NCBI RefSeq assembly: GCF_009914755.1
Contig: NC_060927.1
Direction: 5' to 3' (one strand)
From: the human T2T-CHM13v2.0 reference genome, Homo sapiens
DNA length: 64,000 nucleotides
Positions 15,951 through 30,695 of this stretch are shown here, piece after piece (the stretch's first letter is position 1; each line of letters begins with the position of its first letter). The notes below the pieces were generated by a model. The model did no database searches and was not told the origin of the DNA. It saw only the letters and a program-made list of their open reading frames with translations. Made by a program: the position numbers and the translations under genes.

Positions 15951-16595
15951 CTTTAAAATCCAAAGGCAGGATCAAGATAATTTTCTCAACTCTCAATTTT
16001 TGATGTACATGTTATCTCAAATTTAAATATTTCCACAGTTTTATAGTATATTTTAAATAAAAGATAAAGAAAATGCCTAACATTTCAAATAGTTTGTAAA
16101 TTAACCTAAAACATGCACTTTTAAAAGAATAGTATAATGGCCTTTCTGTACAAGTTAACCTAGAATCTGTGAAATAAATAGACACAGATTCTGTGTCCAC
16201 TCACAAAAGTGAAGAAATAAGACAATTTTCTGGAACATTCCATGAAACATTCTTCTCTGATTTAATCTGGCCTGCCTCATCAGAGCAATACAAAAATTAC
16301 TTAAAAATACTGTTTTAACAGGACAAAAGTCAGTTTTCTATGAGGAATGATGTATAATTCTCAACTTTTCCAAGGGTACATATTGTAAAAGAAAAGGTAT
16401 GCAATGGTTTTTCAAAATGGTAGAATGAAAGTCACTATATAAAAAAATAAGTACATTATAGAGATAGTAAAATGGAAATAATTCATTGTAATGAAAATAA
16501 AAAATCAAGCTTCTGCCATAATTAGTATCCTAAAACATGTTATGTAATTCAACTAGCTACAGAATAACCGTTGACATGCTAAGTTCCATACATAC

Positions 16596-16744
16596 TTGAC
16601 TTTCCACTTGAAATAATTTCTTCTTTGGGACCTGTGTCTCATCCAAATTAATGTGATAATGTGATATACTTCCAGTGGAGACTCTAACATAGTTAATTTT
16701 TTTAGGCTGTCAGCTGCTTCTTGCTGAAGTTGTCTCACAACCAC
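16596..16744 (-). pseudogene. Downstream ANKRD18/ANKRD26-type exon (VVVRQLQQEAADSLKKLTMLESPLE.../...KKKLFQVESQ), 1-bp frameshift
   Basis: ctcag| ... |gtatg; 149 bp, with a frame switch after ESPLE. Confidence 0.75.
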
Positions 16745-17899
16745 CTGAGAAAATAGTTTTGTTACTGATTTTATAAATTGCCTTATTATTAAATTATGTT
16801 AATAATATTTAACTCTAACATACGTACTTTGAAAATTATCACCACACATATCGATTCACCTTCTTTTAATCACATGTACACATTTTTATTTATTACTGAA
16901 TTCAGTGAGGGATGCACAATATGTTCTCTTCCTGCCAAATTGGTATTCTCTTACTTACATAACAGATTCATCCCACCATTCAATCATCTTAGAAGCTCAA
17001 CTCAACCTCAAAGTTCCTCACATATTCAATCACCTGTTCAAATCCTTCCAACAGATTCCTATCTCAGAATAAAAGTAAAATTCCAATGGCCTTTGAGGTC
17101 CTAGGTAAACAGGTCTCTACCTCCCTCTCTGACTTCAAAGCTCCTACAACTCCCTTCTGTAATTACTCCATTCCCACTGTACGTGAAGCCTGCCACCCCT
17201 CAGTCTGAAAATAGGGATCTAATGCCTTACTCATAAATCACAGGCAGCTACAAGTATCTTTGTACTGAACAAAATTATATTCCAATGATAGCCATTGAGC
17301 CTTGAAATAAAAATTAGGAACTAATTATTAATATAAATATTCAAAGTAAACTATAAATACCAGTGGGAAGACTAAACCAAATATACTTTTGCTAAATATT
17401 ACCACATGTATCCTAAATTATGATTTTATAACAAGTAGGTGCCTTTAAAACATTACATAGTCATAAAAATATGTAATTTGACATATTTTCAGATTTGTTA
17501 AATTAATATGATTAATAACAAAGATATACCAACTAAAATACATAAAAAGCTACTTAAAGCAAGGTATTACAAGACACAGCAATACACTTCAGTTCATCTG
17601 GGAAATCTAGAATTAAGTGTCAAAGAAAATCAATTAAATTTTAATTTGAAAATACTCATTTCAGGTGTAAACATTTCCATTTATACTTACATTATGGTCT
17701 TAACATGTGGCAACATAAAGTCATTAAAATTATTATTTCACCAGTACAGAACTATCTACCTTAAAATATGACTCTGTGCCTAATAAAATTTCATAGGTGA
17801 CACAATGTCTTTTCTCAAAGTAAATCATCTCTCACCTCTACCTTTTATTTCCTAGAAATGGGGCACGTTTCTAAGCTGGTATAGTAAACACGGTTTTCC

Positions 17900-18180
17900 T
17901 TTTTTTTTATTAAAACAGCTTTGTTGAAATATAATTTACATACTATAGAATGTATCTGTTTTAACTTAAAGTTAAAAGATTTTTTAGTCCATTTACTGAG
18001 TTGTGCAGCCATCTCTACAATCCAACTTTACAGCATTTCCATCACTGCAAGATCCCTCACGCCCATTAGCAGTCACTACCAGCTTTCAGCCCCAGCCCTT
18101 TGCAAACATTAGTCTACTTTTTGTCCCTATACGTTTATCTTTTCTGGATGCTTCATGTAAATGGAATTATACAGTATGGT
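17900..18180 (-). mobile_element. Old L1 3' end fragment
   Basis: acagctttgttgaaatataatttacatac motif. Confidence 0.65.
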
Positions 18181-18246
18181 AAACACACTTTTTATCCATT
18201 GATTTTTATATTCAACTAAGTTCAACATGTATCCAGAACCAAATGT

Positions 18247-19218
18247 TTAAATTTTCTTTCTAAAAGTTTGAAAATATTTATCTTCCTTGATACTTACTAC
18301 TCTTTCTGCTTTCTCTCTCTCATATTGAAAGAGACTTTCTTTTAAATGATCACATTCATTCATTAGCTTCTTATTTTTCTCTTCTAGCATGTGGTCTTTC
18401 TTTCCACTTTCCATAAAGCCTCTTTGGATATTAGTTACTATCTCTTTATGATCCTCTTTCTGATGAACATCATCTAGTTGCTGTTCAATGCACGGATTTT
18501 CATGTTGGAGTTGACATATCCTCTCTTCTACACAGCTCCACTTTCCAGTGGAATTATTCACTTTAGCTTCTGCATTTTCATACATCTCTTTCATTTCCTT
18601 TATTTGCTGCTGTGTTTGGCTTAGGTCGTTTGGAGAGTTTCTAAAGCCAATGACTTTTTTCTGAGAGTATCTCTTTTCTTACGGAACTTATCTTTTAAGG
18701 TATTGAATTTAATTTGCTTTTTAGAAAGTTGTTCAGTAAGAAACTCATTCTTTTCTTCTACTTCGGAAATATCAGAACTCATTTTTACTTGTACGGAAAC
18801 ATCTTGTGTTCACTCTAATGCAAGTTTTAGGTTTCTTTCTGTTTTCACACTTTCACTGTGCTTACTTATAGCAGCAGTCAGTCTAGACTGATGATTCAAT
18901 TTCAGCTTCCAGTCTTTTGTTGCTTTCTTCTTCCTTCAACAGTTCGGAATTGAGCCTTGTATTCTCAGCTTTGAGATCATTAAGCTCTTGTTGATACCGG
19001 AATGCTGTTTTTGTTATCAATTCCTCATTGAGTTTTATATACTTTTCAAGGGCAGCATTTGTTTTTTTAACAATTTTAGCGTCCTTAAGATATTTATTTT
19101 CTTTTTCCAGGTTGTCATTTTTCATTGTGCATATTTCCTGTCGGAGTATAGCAATATCTGTCTTCAAAATGCAATTTTCATCCATCAGATCTTTCATTTC
19201 TTCCTGATTATGAAAATC
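18247..19218 (-). pseudogene. ANKRD20A: ANKRD20A large coiled-coil exon (DFHNQEEMKDLMDENC...FRKKI*), disrupted
   Basis: ORFs 18883-19197 and 18247-18594; 2-bp deletion near 18890, TGA at 18810-18812, 1-bp deletion near 18630. Confidence 0.9.
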
Positions 19219-20385
19219 CTAAATAAAACAAAAAAAAGTTTTAGCTAGTACTCAATAAAATATCATGATTACCTCTGAAGTTAAAGAATAACCTGCACAT
19301 CCATATACTAAAAAGGTTACTGTAAGTGGATATCCAACTGGAGAAAAAGTTGAAGCAAAACTTTGTACTTTATAGAGCATAAGTTCCAAAAAGTTCAGAA
19401 ATTTATTTAAAGTCAATGAATTTATAAAAGTAAACACACACACACACACGCACACCAGAGAATTTTTAAGAATTTCAGAATTGGAAAAGCCTTTCCCTGA
19501 ATTACAACAAACTCAAAAGCATAAATTAAAGCATTAACAAATTTGACTAAATTAAAATATATCAAAAATTGCATTTACACTTTGATATCTAACCCATACA
19601 CCACCCTATAGTAAGAACCTTATTTCACACATATTTGGACAGATAAAATTTCCCAGAGTTATTACAGTTCTGTTTCACTGATAACATTCTATTTTAATTT
19701 GACTCTTTTAACACTTTTATAGTCAGTTGAAAGAATTACATTTACTAAATCATAAATCTAGACATTATACTAGTCACTCCTATATACATTCATTGATGAA
19801 CTCATCTAGTTACCACAAATTTGAAAAAGAAATGTTAAAAATATAAGCAAGCTACAGGATTTTCCCCAGGACTTCTTACTCTACTTCTAGTTCTCTGACA
19901 GATCACAGTTACTTCTGTGGTGTAAATGTATCAATACGAAAGAAAACTTTTATTTCAAAACACCAATGGTAAATAAGATAAAATTTATAGAGCTCTTCTT
20001 AGAATATCATGAGATTATTTGTGATTGCAATAATTTGTTTCCTCTTTATAGTATTAGGTACAGTAATCAATATGAAATGGCGGGAAGTACAAGGAACAAT
20101 TTTACTGGGAACAAAATCTTTATCAATAGGTTATCACTAAGTATATATTATGGCATATTATTGTTTTCAAAAGCTCTTTGTAATAAAATAATATCCTATG
20201 TGGATGCCAAGATTTATAATAAAAATAATTGTACCTGTAAGTGTCATCATTCATTTTTTAAAAATGAGATAACATTTCTGGTTTGTTTTAGACCAAAATA
20301 TTATATATTAAATCAAGAGGATATTATAAGTAACATTGATAAAATAAAGTTTAAAATATAGAATTTTTACCAAAGATTGATTTAT

Positions 20386-20565
20386 CTGATTTGGAGTATT
20401 TCTTGTAGTCTTCGGTTTCATCTCTAGTGATTCAATAGTTGGTTCAAGTTGTTTTGCTTCAACTTCTTTCTTATATTGTTTCTCTTTCCTTTCTAATTCT
20501 TCTCTATTTTTTTGTACAGCATATTAACGTTTGTTTTTTCTTCACTTTCTTGTCTTAAGATGCAT
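20386..20565 (-). pseudogene. ANKRD20A: ANKRD20A-like exon (CILRQESEEKTNVNMLYKK...RNTPNQ) with a 1-bp deletion and a mutated donor
   Basis: 180 bp versus the 181 needed for phase; 7 rather than 8 A at 20507-20513 gives an early TAG; donor reads CAG|ataaat. Confidence 0.85.
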
Positions 20566-21608
20566 CTGCAGACAAAGACATTTATCTTAAAATTCATTTT
20601 GTTAAAAAATAAAGAGATCATCCTGTGATCTACCTCTGCAGATGCTCTTTATCATCCTAGTAAAATTTCTATGTTCTGGATTATTTTTCCTTTGTAGTTC
20701 TCAAATATTTAATTTCTCACTTCAACATCTTCAAACGAATGCATATACTTGAAAAGTAGTAAGGAAAGAATATTCTGCTAAAGTTTTTATTACTAGTCAC
20801 TCTAGTATGTATTATACAAAAAGATACTGGAAATAATTCAGTATAGTTAGAAGTTCAAAACTACCTTTTCAAATCACACAGTCATAATTACTACCTGATT
20901 AGAAAAGGTCATTTACAATCAACTAAATTTTTAAAGTTACTATTTATTGACAAGCGTATAAGTTCACTAGAAATAAGTTTTCATCTCTATGAAATATTGC
21001 AGGTGTCTCTCCAAATGATTTACAGAGTAAGATGTCTCTCACACAAACTATATCTGCAGATTATTGTCATCTAAAACTAGGCTAAAGAGTCTAACATCTG
21101 TTACCCCACACTTTTTCTAATTCTTTCTTAATACTTCCAATTCACCTTATTACATATATTTTATATATTTATTAAGCTATTGTTCATTATGTGTAATATA
21201 TAATTAATGCCCTTAATAAGTGTGTGTATGTTTACACAAGTTATGTTTTCCTGTGAAATCTAGTCCCAGAAGTGGAGTTGTTGAGTTAAAGGGATGTCAG
21301 GTTATTTGAAATTTTGATAAACAGCACTAAGTTACCCTTCAGAAATAATTTACCAATTTCATATACCAACAGTGTATGAGAATGCCTTTTTCCTCTCATT
21401 TTCAATGGTAGGAATTACTTTTTCAATATCAGCATGACTTTACAAAATATATCTTATTTTATGTTAATTTGCATTTTTCTGATTACCAGGCAGGGCTAAA
21501 TATCCCTGGTAAAACTATAAAACTTTTTAATCATAATGAACATTAGTCCAATTTTGAATTAGTTTATAGCACAATGACAATTATCTGCTGAGAAATACTG
21601 CTATAGGT

Positions 21609-21910
<302 letters not shown>

Positions 21911-21929
21911 CTGCTATAGGCTTACTTAC

Positions 21930-22093
21930 CTATCATGCTCTTCCTTCAGTTTCTTGGGAAATTGCTGAGGATACGTTTTCCCAATCTTTCTTTCTTTGGT
22001 TAATCTGTCAGCAGCAGCAGAAGATGTACTATGACATACATTTTCTGATAGTTGTATTTTTTCACTTTTGTTTGTATTATTTCCTTCTTTGAC
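21930..22093 (-). pseudogene. ANKRD20A: ANKRD20A-like exon (164 bp, VKEGNNTNKSEKIQLSEN...PKKLKEEHDR)
   Basis: aag| ... |gtaagt, open frame. Confidence 0.88.
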
Positions 22094-23835
22094 CTTTAAT
22101 AAAAGTAATATGAATAATAATTATTATTTTATTCAATAAAAAAACTTTTTCCCTGATTTTTTAACTTGATTCAGGTTAACTATCGCCATTTTAATGATAA
22201 AAGTATTTTGTGCTTACTTTAATTTTATCATTATACATAATAATTATAAGATACTCATCATTTTATCATTGAAATTTTTGTCAAGTCTGCTCATTTCTGT
22301 TTGAGTGAATGGAAGAATTTTCCAAAATTTCAAAAAGGACTCTTCTCCATTTTGTGCTTTTATTCGCATCCACTCTTTGCTATCTGATATAAATGTTTAT
22401 GCTAGTTGACTGGCAGAAACAGAGAAATAAAAAGACACAGGCATAACATATATCTTCTGTCATTGCCACATGGATTTTACATGAAATAGCCAGATTAAGA
22501 GGATGTAACCTTGTAGGCCTTCAAGAACAGTAAAGAAGTTTTCCCTTTTCTGCACTGAGCTATTCTTTTCCCCACTGCCTTTTATCTCTTTTTTTTTTTT
22601 TGAATCCTGGGATATCAAAAAAGTGAAAGTTCTCCCTGAACTATGGGAACCAATGTTTGTTTGCCACAACACAAGAAGCAGAGTGAAACTGCTGAGTTTC
22701 TAGTGCAGAATTCTGGAAAACGAGATGCTTCCCAGATTTCACATTCAATTACCACAAATGTTTATAGGTGGAACACATATGGTACAGTTATCTACTTAAG
22801 CCATATTATCTACTGAAAACGGGAGTCAAACCAACCAAGACATATGAAATGTTTCATCCAGAGCTCTTGAGGCGGCATTCCCTAGCATTTCATGGCACCA
22901 AATAACATGATACAATTCCATGTTGCTGAATTACATAAATTACCAGATAAATTTATCAAATTAGTCAGATATATTAAAAGTCTAACTTGAGCAAAGCAAT
23001 TTAACACCTCAGAGGGTGGAAAAAGGCCTCATCTACTTTTACTTTGAAAGAAGAAAATCTCTAGATTTTTGTCTATCTTTAGAACACAGTGTACAGAACT
23101 CAACTTTCTACTAAAGAGTCAAAGGTTAAATTTTTAGCTAAGAAATTATGCTTCTTACATGATAAAAATCATACATGCCAAAACTTACCATACTTTATTA
23201 AACAACATAATGTAAGGTCTGATTCAACAGAAATATTGGAGTGGTGATTTTTTAAAATATGTGGAAGTATATATTTGTTTTCAAAATATTAGAAATAACC
23301 ATGATGGAACTATAAATTCAAACAGTTTGAGCTAAGCAGATAAACTTGCATGCATGAAAACACATTAAACAGACTCATTTGGTTGGGAATATTCATTGCA
23401 ACTCTCAAGGCTAGAAGTGTTTTTGTGGCTCATCTCAGTCATTGCTTCCCTCCCATTGTATTCCCATTCTATCATTAAATAAATGTAATTCATCTCTAAA
23501 TGACTATAGTAAAAAGAATCTAGAATCTAAAACTTATTTCTTTAGCAATTTCTTTATGTTGATCTGGTTCAGAAGGTCACATGGTATATGGCTGAATTAG
23601 TTTCCCAGCTCATATGCCACTTGGAAGACTGAGAGTGAGAATTAGGTTGATTAATGAACAAACATTATGAGAACATTCTCCAGAACCGTTGTTTAGATAG
23701 CAGGACTAGTCTACTTTGACACATAATTACACATTTAGAAAACCCCGCTGTAACTGTACACATGGGATTTTCTTGAATAGAAAATATGACTAAATCAAAT
23801 AATTGATAAAGAGAAAAAAGAAGCAGCAAGTGAAC

Positions 23836-24965
23836 CTCTGTCTTTTTGAAGTTGGACTTTCTCTTTCTCCAAAGCCAGGAACTCTACTTGTAACATGCCT
23901 ACCTCATTCTTTTTACTATTATTATACTTTAAATTCTGGTACATGTGCACAATGTGCAGGTTTGTTACATATGTATACATGTGCTATGTTAGTGACCTTG
24001 AAATATCTTGCTGTAAGTTTCTAGCTATATTTTTGATGTTCTCTCACTATGTGGCAAAGAATAACCCGGATTTTATAATTCAAGATTCATGGTTTTGTAG
24101 TTATTAACACTGGGATTGTCATTCAGTGGCTTCTGGAATAAGCATTGTGTTGGTTTTCTGTTTTTATAAGTATCTGTAGCAGCAGAAATACTGTGGCTTT
24201 CTATCTGAATCATATGCTTCATTTCTTTGGGGTGGGTAAGCCACAAATCAAAAAGACTTTCTGGATCTCTAGACTGAGACCAATGCCTAATGTCTAATTT
24301 CCAATTAGTGGTATTTGGGTTTATATATTTTTCCATTTGCATGTCAAACTCTTAATCATCTTTCATTTCAATCATAATTACTGGGTTCCTTACCTTTTCA
24401 GTTTCTATATCATAACAAAAATTTTCATCATCTGTGTTAGAAACAAGCTGTGTGTCTGGTTTGTTATCATTTTTATAGTCTGATTTATTTTAATTTAAAT
24501 GAAGCTTAGAAGATGACTGGTAAGTGTATTTCAGGGACCTGGAGTGTGAATGGAATAAAAAGACATTTGACATGGGCTTCCTCTGTTCAGGCGCTGCCTG
24601 GACTGCCACAGAGCTAGACCCTCCAGATACATTTTTCTCCTCACAATCAGGGACATGATTCATCAGACTAGAGGGCACTCCTTTTTTGTTCATCCCTCTT
24701 TAGAGTTACCATATAGGAGCTCTTCCTCAGGGCAAGCAGTAATTTTGGAGTTTTCAGAACTTTTACCAATATTCAGCTTGAACTTGTTTGTAATGAATTT
24801 TAAAGAAAGTCATGAATATATAGATTGATTCCCCTTATCACTGTTCTTACCCAGTTCTGATTCTTGAGACTTTTTTTGGTGGAGGGCAGGTGCAAAATGG
24901 AAAACAAATTTGCTTGTTTTGTTTCTCAGATGTCTTTTCTGTCAGAGTGCATGTTTTAAAATTAG
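23836..24965 (-). pseudogene. Large decayed CCDC144-type exon (ends NEVGMLQVEFLALEKEKVQLQK), interrupted by a tiny L1 fragment
   Basis: ORF-track fragments 24490-24693, 24073-24342 and 23795-23980 are broken pieces of one CCDC144-like reading frame; boundaries approximate. Confidence 0.6.
23910..23994 (-). mobile_element. ~85 bp L1PA extreme 3' end
   Basis: Reverse complement is gcacatgtatacatatgtaacaaacctgcacattgtgcacatgtacc..taaagtataataa. Confidence 0.85.
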
Positions 24966-26140
24966 CTTTAATCAAGTATAAACAAAGAAATATTAGAAAA
25001 TAATTAAAATTTAACTGTGAAACTTAATCTATGTGTTGCTACTCTTAAATTATGGGATTGTAACTAAAAAGTGAAAAATAATTTGCCTTGGCTTAACATA
25101 GGACAGAAACATGAACCAGCAAGCTGAACTCTCAGTGTCTGTTTGGACTAAACTTAATGCATTTGTGTAAAATCTACCAGAAATGAATTCAAAGATGATA
25201 GGTAGTATTATAAAAGCTTCCTCTCTTACAAAGACTTTACCTCAGCATACCAGAAAGAGTGAGCCCCTACAGTGCATGTTTATTTCTGAAGATTAACTAG
25301 AGCACTAGGCAAACACTAAATTATTAAGAGCTAAACTGAACACCAATAAGAAAGAGAAGCAAAATTTTAAATTCTAATTCAAATGATATACTATGATAGT
25401 GTTATGTATCTAGATAGAATTTCTGCTTATATCCGCTTCTAATACATTTTAAGTTCCGGTAGTGATAGGGTTTGGATTTTTTAAATTTTAGTAATGTTTA
25501 CTATGTATTTATGTTGAAATAAAGTTATTGTTCACACCCTGACACCAAAGATCCCATTCTGCAAGGTAGGATTCTCTTAATAGGCAACTGCATTGACTTT
25601 TATGACCCCATTCACTCCCTGAACACAGACACAGAAGTCAACTGGTGACCACAAAACAGAATAAATCTTTAACCTCGGCACTGGTGACCAGCAATATAAA
25701 ACTGCAACATTTGAAGCACTGGCAATGATGACTCCTTTAACACTAGTTTAACTCAGTGGCCATTGTTGTTAAACTGTTCATAATTTCTATTCCTCAGTAA
25801 TATGACCCAATACTTCATGTTACCTTGTGTATTATGAGTAAGGTTATATAAATAAAACAGCAAGATAATTCTGAAAATTTCTTGCCTCAATTCCAAGGGT
25901 AAAGACAGCTATGAGTTACTAGAGATACTAAGAATTACTAGAATAACTAATAGTTACTAGAGATAGTAAGAATATCTTAAGTTTCATAACTGGTTAAGAT
26001 GTTTTAAAAATTACATATAAAATTATGATCTATTGGGTTCTAAAGGTATAGTCTGAAAGGTCATGTCATTTGGACTATGCTTTGTTAGTAAAGCAAAACA
26101 AAAAACCTAATATTAAACAAGAACTTAAATTTTCATATAC

Positions 26141-26211
26141 CTGTGATTGCTTCTTTTCACTTCTTTCACACCTTTCTTGCTCTTCCTCTAAAGCCACTGG
26201 TAAGGTTTGTT
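26141..26211 (-). pseudogene. ANKRD20A: ANKRD20A-like exon (71 bp, EQTLPVALEEEQERCERSEKKQSQ)
   Basis: AG/GT boundaries, open frame. Confidence 0.85.
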
Positions 26212-26723
26212 CTGTTGACAAATTCATTGATTTAGTTCAAATGAACTAAGAAGAGTTAAAGACTATAATCTTTATAAAAATAAATAGAGAATAACATTTC
26301 TTTGTATTTTATATTTTGAGAGTTTGAATGAAACAATGTTTACTGAAATATTTACTTCTGTAAGAAATACTTCTAATTATCCAAAACTTCAACAAACCAC
26401 TTGGGGAGACACCAGATATCACCAGATTCAAGCCATGCAAAATCTCAGGGTCACTCACAAATTGTTCCACCCAACATAAGTCAACAAAACTGTTAGAAAC
26501 AAAACAGAAATTTGAAATACAGTCAAAATATACAATGTAATGCTTTACTATACTTCATAACAGTATCTTTTTAACAAGACACTAATTGAGTTGGCAGTTA
26601 CTAATAATTTGCAAAATTATTGTTCTTTATACCTCAATTAGTGTGCACCCCATTTTTTACATCACAAATGTTTTCCCCTGCTATTCTGAAAAATTTATTT
26701 TCATCTTTTAAGACTCAGAAAGT

Positions 26724-27017
26724 AGGCTGGGCATAATAGCTCACATCTGTAATCCCAGCACTTTGGAAGGCCAAAATGGGAGAATTGCTCAAGGCCAAGA
26801 GTTTAAGACCAGCCTGGGAACCATAGGTAACCTTGACTCTACAAAAAATTAGACAGGTATGGTGATATATTCCTGTTGTCCCCGCTACTCAAGAAGCTTA
26901 GATGAGAAGATCCCTCGAGCCCAGGAGTCTGAGGTTTCAGTGAGTCTCAATAATGTCATTGCACTCCAATCCTGGGTGATAGAGTAAGAACTTGTCTCCA
27001 AAAAGAGGAAAAAAAAA
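26724..27017 (+). mobile_element. AluJ-like
   Basis: Diverged dimer. Confidence 0.85.
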
Positions 27018-27559
27018 GGCTCAGAATGCTTTGTGAAATCTTCCTTGATTCTAGCTATCTTTCTCCACACACACAGGTGTCTGCTTCGTTGGGGTCCCTT
27101 AGTACCTTGTCAATTTTTCTAGTGTCACTTTACCACCTGACCTGCACATCATGTCTTTACATGTTGACCCCTTTGCTGCTAGACTGTAGAGGACAATCTT
27201 TTGAATCATCTTTGTATAAACAGTCTTAATTTTGCTAAATAATTACTTATTGAGTTCCTGCTAAGTGTTAGGCACTGGGGAATAAGGAAGGAAAATAGAA
27301 GCTGTCGGGGATGGCTTTCCTAAAGATCATCCATGAGCTGAGACTTAGAGAGTGAGGTTAGCCAGATTAAGCGAGGCAGAGGGCAGGAAAGGGTGAGCAC
27401 ATGCCAGGCAGCAACAAGAGAAGACAAGAAGCCTCCAAGAGAGTATGTATTTCTCTGCAGAAGAGGAATGGTGAGGGGGCCATTACCAGCAGCTCGGTAA
27501 TTCCAGAGAAAAAGGCAGATGGGGAAAGGGATACAGATGGAGATTTGGGCAGAAATCAG

Positions 27560-27862
27560 TTTCCTTTTCTTTTCTTTTTTGGGACAAGGTTATACTCTGT
27601 CTCCCAGACTGGAGGGCAGTGGCATGATCTCAGCTTACTGCAACCCGGCCTCCCAGGTTCAAGTAATTCTCCTGCCTCAGCCTCCTGAGTAGCTGAGATT
27701 ACAGGTGCGTGCCACTACCACCTGCTAATTTTTGTATTTTATTAGAGATGGGGTTTCACCTTGTTGGCCAGGCTGGTCTTGAACTCCTGACCTCAAATGA
27801 TCCACTTGCCTCAGCCTCCCAAAGTGCTGGGATCACAGACATGAGCCACCGTGCCCTACCCA
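27560..27862 (-). mobile_element. AluS
   Basis: Full dimer, TSD cagaa(a/g)tcagtttc. Confidence 0.9.
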
Positions 27863-28123
27863 GAAGTCAGTTTCTGAAATCCTTATATAAACCTTTAAGA
27901 TGCTTGGACATTAGGTATTCAGGAACGGTTCACGGATCTATTTGCATTAGGGATAATTCACTCTAAATACTGTGAGGAGCATAAAATTCTGAGGCATATA
28001 AATCAATGAACAAAGATAAAATATAAGGCAATGTTGCAAAGATGATGCAGGCCTGAGGAGATGTTTTCAGAAATATTTAGGATATAGGTATCAGTGGCCA
28101 TTATAAGAATGAATTTCTATTGA

Positions 28124-28622
<499 letters not shown>

Positions 28623-29590
28623 ACATATGGTGATTTTGTTTTAAAAGTTCTGTTTCCTGGATCTACCAAGCTCATGAGAAAATAGAGCAAACAAGTCATT
28701 TGCATAGGTAAGAAACTTTGGATTTATAGCTTGTCCTCACTACTCTAGAAGATTATCATCATGTTTTGCAAAGCAAAATGTTAAACACAGACACAAGGGG
28801 AAAAAGAAATTAAAACTATAGGGGTGGGTGAAAAAATATTGCATAATTTATTACTGTTGACCTCATCATATGACTGATTAAGGGCACTGAATTTAACTTG
28901 GATGTGAAGTAGACCTCATATTAGCTGCAGTTAATCAGTAGACCAGGCGTCCTAGCAGAATTAAATTTGATGCTCCTGTGTTATCTTTAAATGACACAGC
29001 TTTTCTGAAAACCCTTACTCATAGCGCATGATTATCCATTAAGAAAAGGTGATGGAATATGTGAATACAGCTGAGGAGACACCACAAGGCAAATGCTCAG
29101 TGGTTCCCATTAATATTGGGAAAATCAACACTATAAAACAGAAAGCCATAGACATTATTTAATATTTGGTTTTGGGAGGTATTTTTAGTGACACTGCATA
29201 CAGTTGTACCTAATAATTGCTAAATTAGAGACGTAAAAGTAAAACAAAGGCACATTGTGTTTGAGTAGGAAATCTATAGACATCTAGCTGGTTTTCCCAT
29301 CCAGCCACAAAATTCTAAATATAATCATGGTACCTGCACTCAAATTTATGTTAAATACCAACCTCAATGAAATCACTCTTTCTTCTCATTCTCTTTGTTA
29401 TTTATATGTTGCTTTCCTTAAGGGAAGAATACAAATGCCTTGCTAAGAACCATTCTGTTTGGTTGTAGGCTGCATAAGGGGAGTGAACACAAAGTACATT
29501 TGACCACAAAATGACTCTTTAAAAGTCAGAACTACGGTAGCATGAAGCCAAACGAGGTAATCTACAATAAAATTTTCTATGCTTCTTTTC

Positions 29591-29847
29591 CTTCTTTGCT
29601 CTCTTTCTACTCTAATAACTGCGATTCACACAGGTAATGAAGAGTGTAATTCCTTGATAGAAACACAGCTCCAAGATTAATCCTTTCTTTAACTATGAAG
29701 TTCGCGTGTCCAAAATCTGTGGTAGTTGCTGTCTGATTTTTGATCACTGATGGTGATACAGATATTTATCATCAACTCACAACTTCCCAAATCTTTGAAA
29801 AGTCTTACTATTGATGGTTCAACTAGTAGAAACATGATGTAAAATAT
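29591..29847 (-). pseudogene. Vestigial CCDC144/ANKRD26-like exon inside an ANKRD20A intron
   Basis: ttttcag| acceptor; translation with stops and frameshift (..TINSKTFQRFGKL*VDDKY../..VSPSVIKNQ..ERINLGAVFLSRNYTLHYLCESQLLE*KESKE) resembles CCDC144-type sequence as recalled; donor reads |gaaaag. Confidence 0.55.
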
Positions 29848-30389
29848 CTGAAAATAAAGTTTTTATTTATTAGAATGTAAATAATAATACAAATTGTAAT
29901 AAAGTGTAAAAGTTCTTTCTTCACTGAAGCAGTACCATGTTGTCCTCTACCCCACAAATGCACTACTCCCCCGTGGTCTAATGTATTTTAAAAGTCTTGT
30001 AATTGCTATTAACTCAGACAAGTTTACTTAACTTGTTCTAAGCTTCTGGTATTTACTACAGTTTACTTTCAATCACTCAACCATCTCTGTTATATATGTT
30101 GTTTTCCATGAGAAATTTGTTTATTAGTAATTAAGATTCTTCAGGGATAAGAAAATATTTGAATAACTAAGTTTGTGCATAAACACATTAAGGTCAAATA
30201 CCCATGACATTATTGTGTGTTTCTGTGTACTAGAGACAAAAACTTCAAAAAAAATTTAATGAATATACGTTAAATTAAAAACTGCTTTCATTAAACTGAG
30301 ATAATCTTCCCTCAATGCATGAATACCTTCAGAATTCACATAGACCAAAGAATTGTATAAAATATAATAGCCTTAAAAATCTTATTTGT

Positions 30390-30695
30390 AGCTGGCACAG
30401 TGGCTCCCACCTGTAATCCCAGCACATTGACAAGCCGAGGTGGGCAGATCACCTGAGGTCAGGAGTTCAAGAGCAGCCTGGCCAAACTGGTGAAACCCCA
30501 TCTCTACTAAAAATAGAAAAATTAGCAGGGTATGGTAGCACGTGCATGTAGTATCAGCTACTCGAGGGGCTGAGGCAGGAGAATTGCTTGAACCCGAGAG
30601 GCAGAGGTGGTAATGAGCCAAGACTGAGCCACTGCACTCCAGCCTTGGTGACAGAGCAAGACTCTGCCTCAAAAACACAAACAAACAAACAAAAA
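30390..30695 (+). mobile_element. AluS
   Basis: Full dimer with (CAAA)n tail. Confidence 0.9.
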
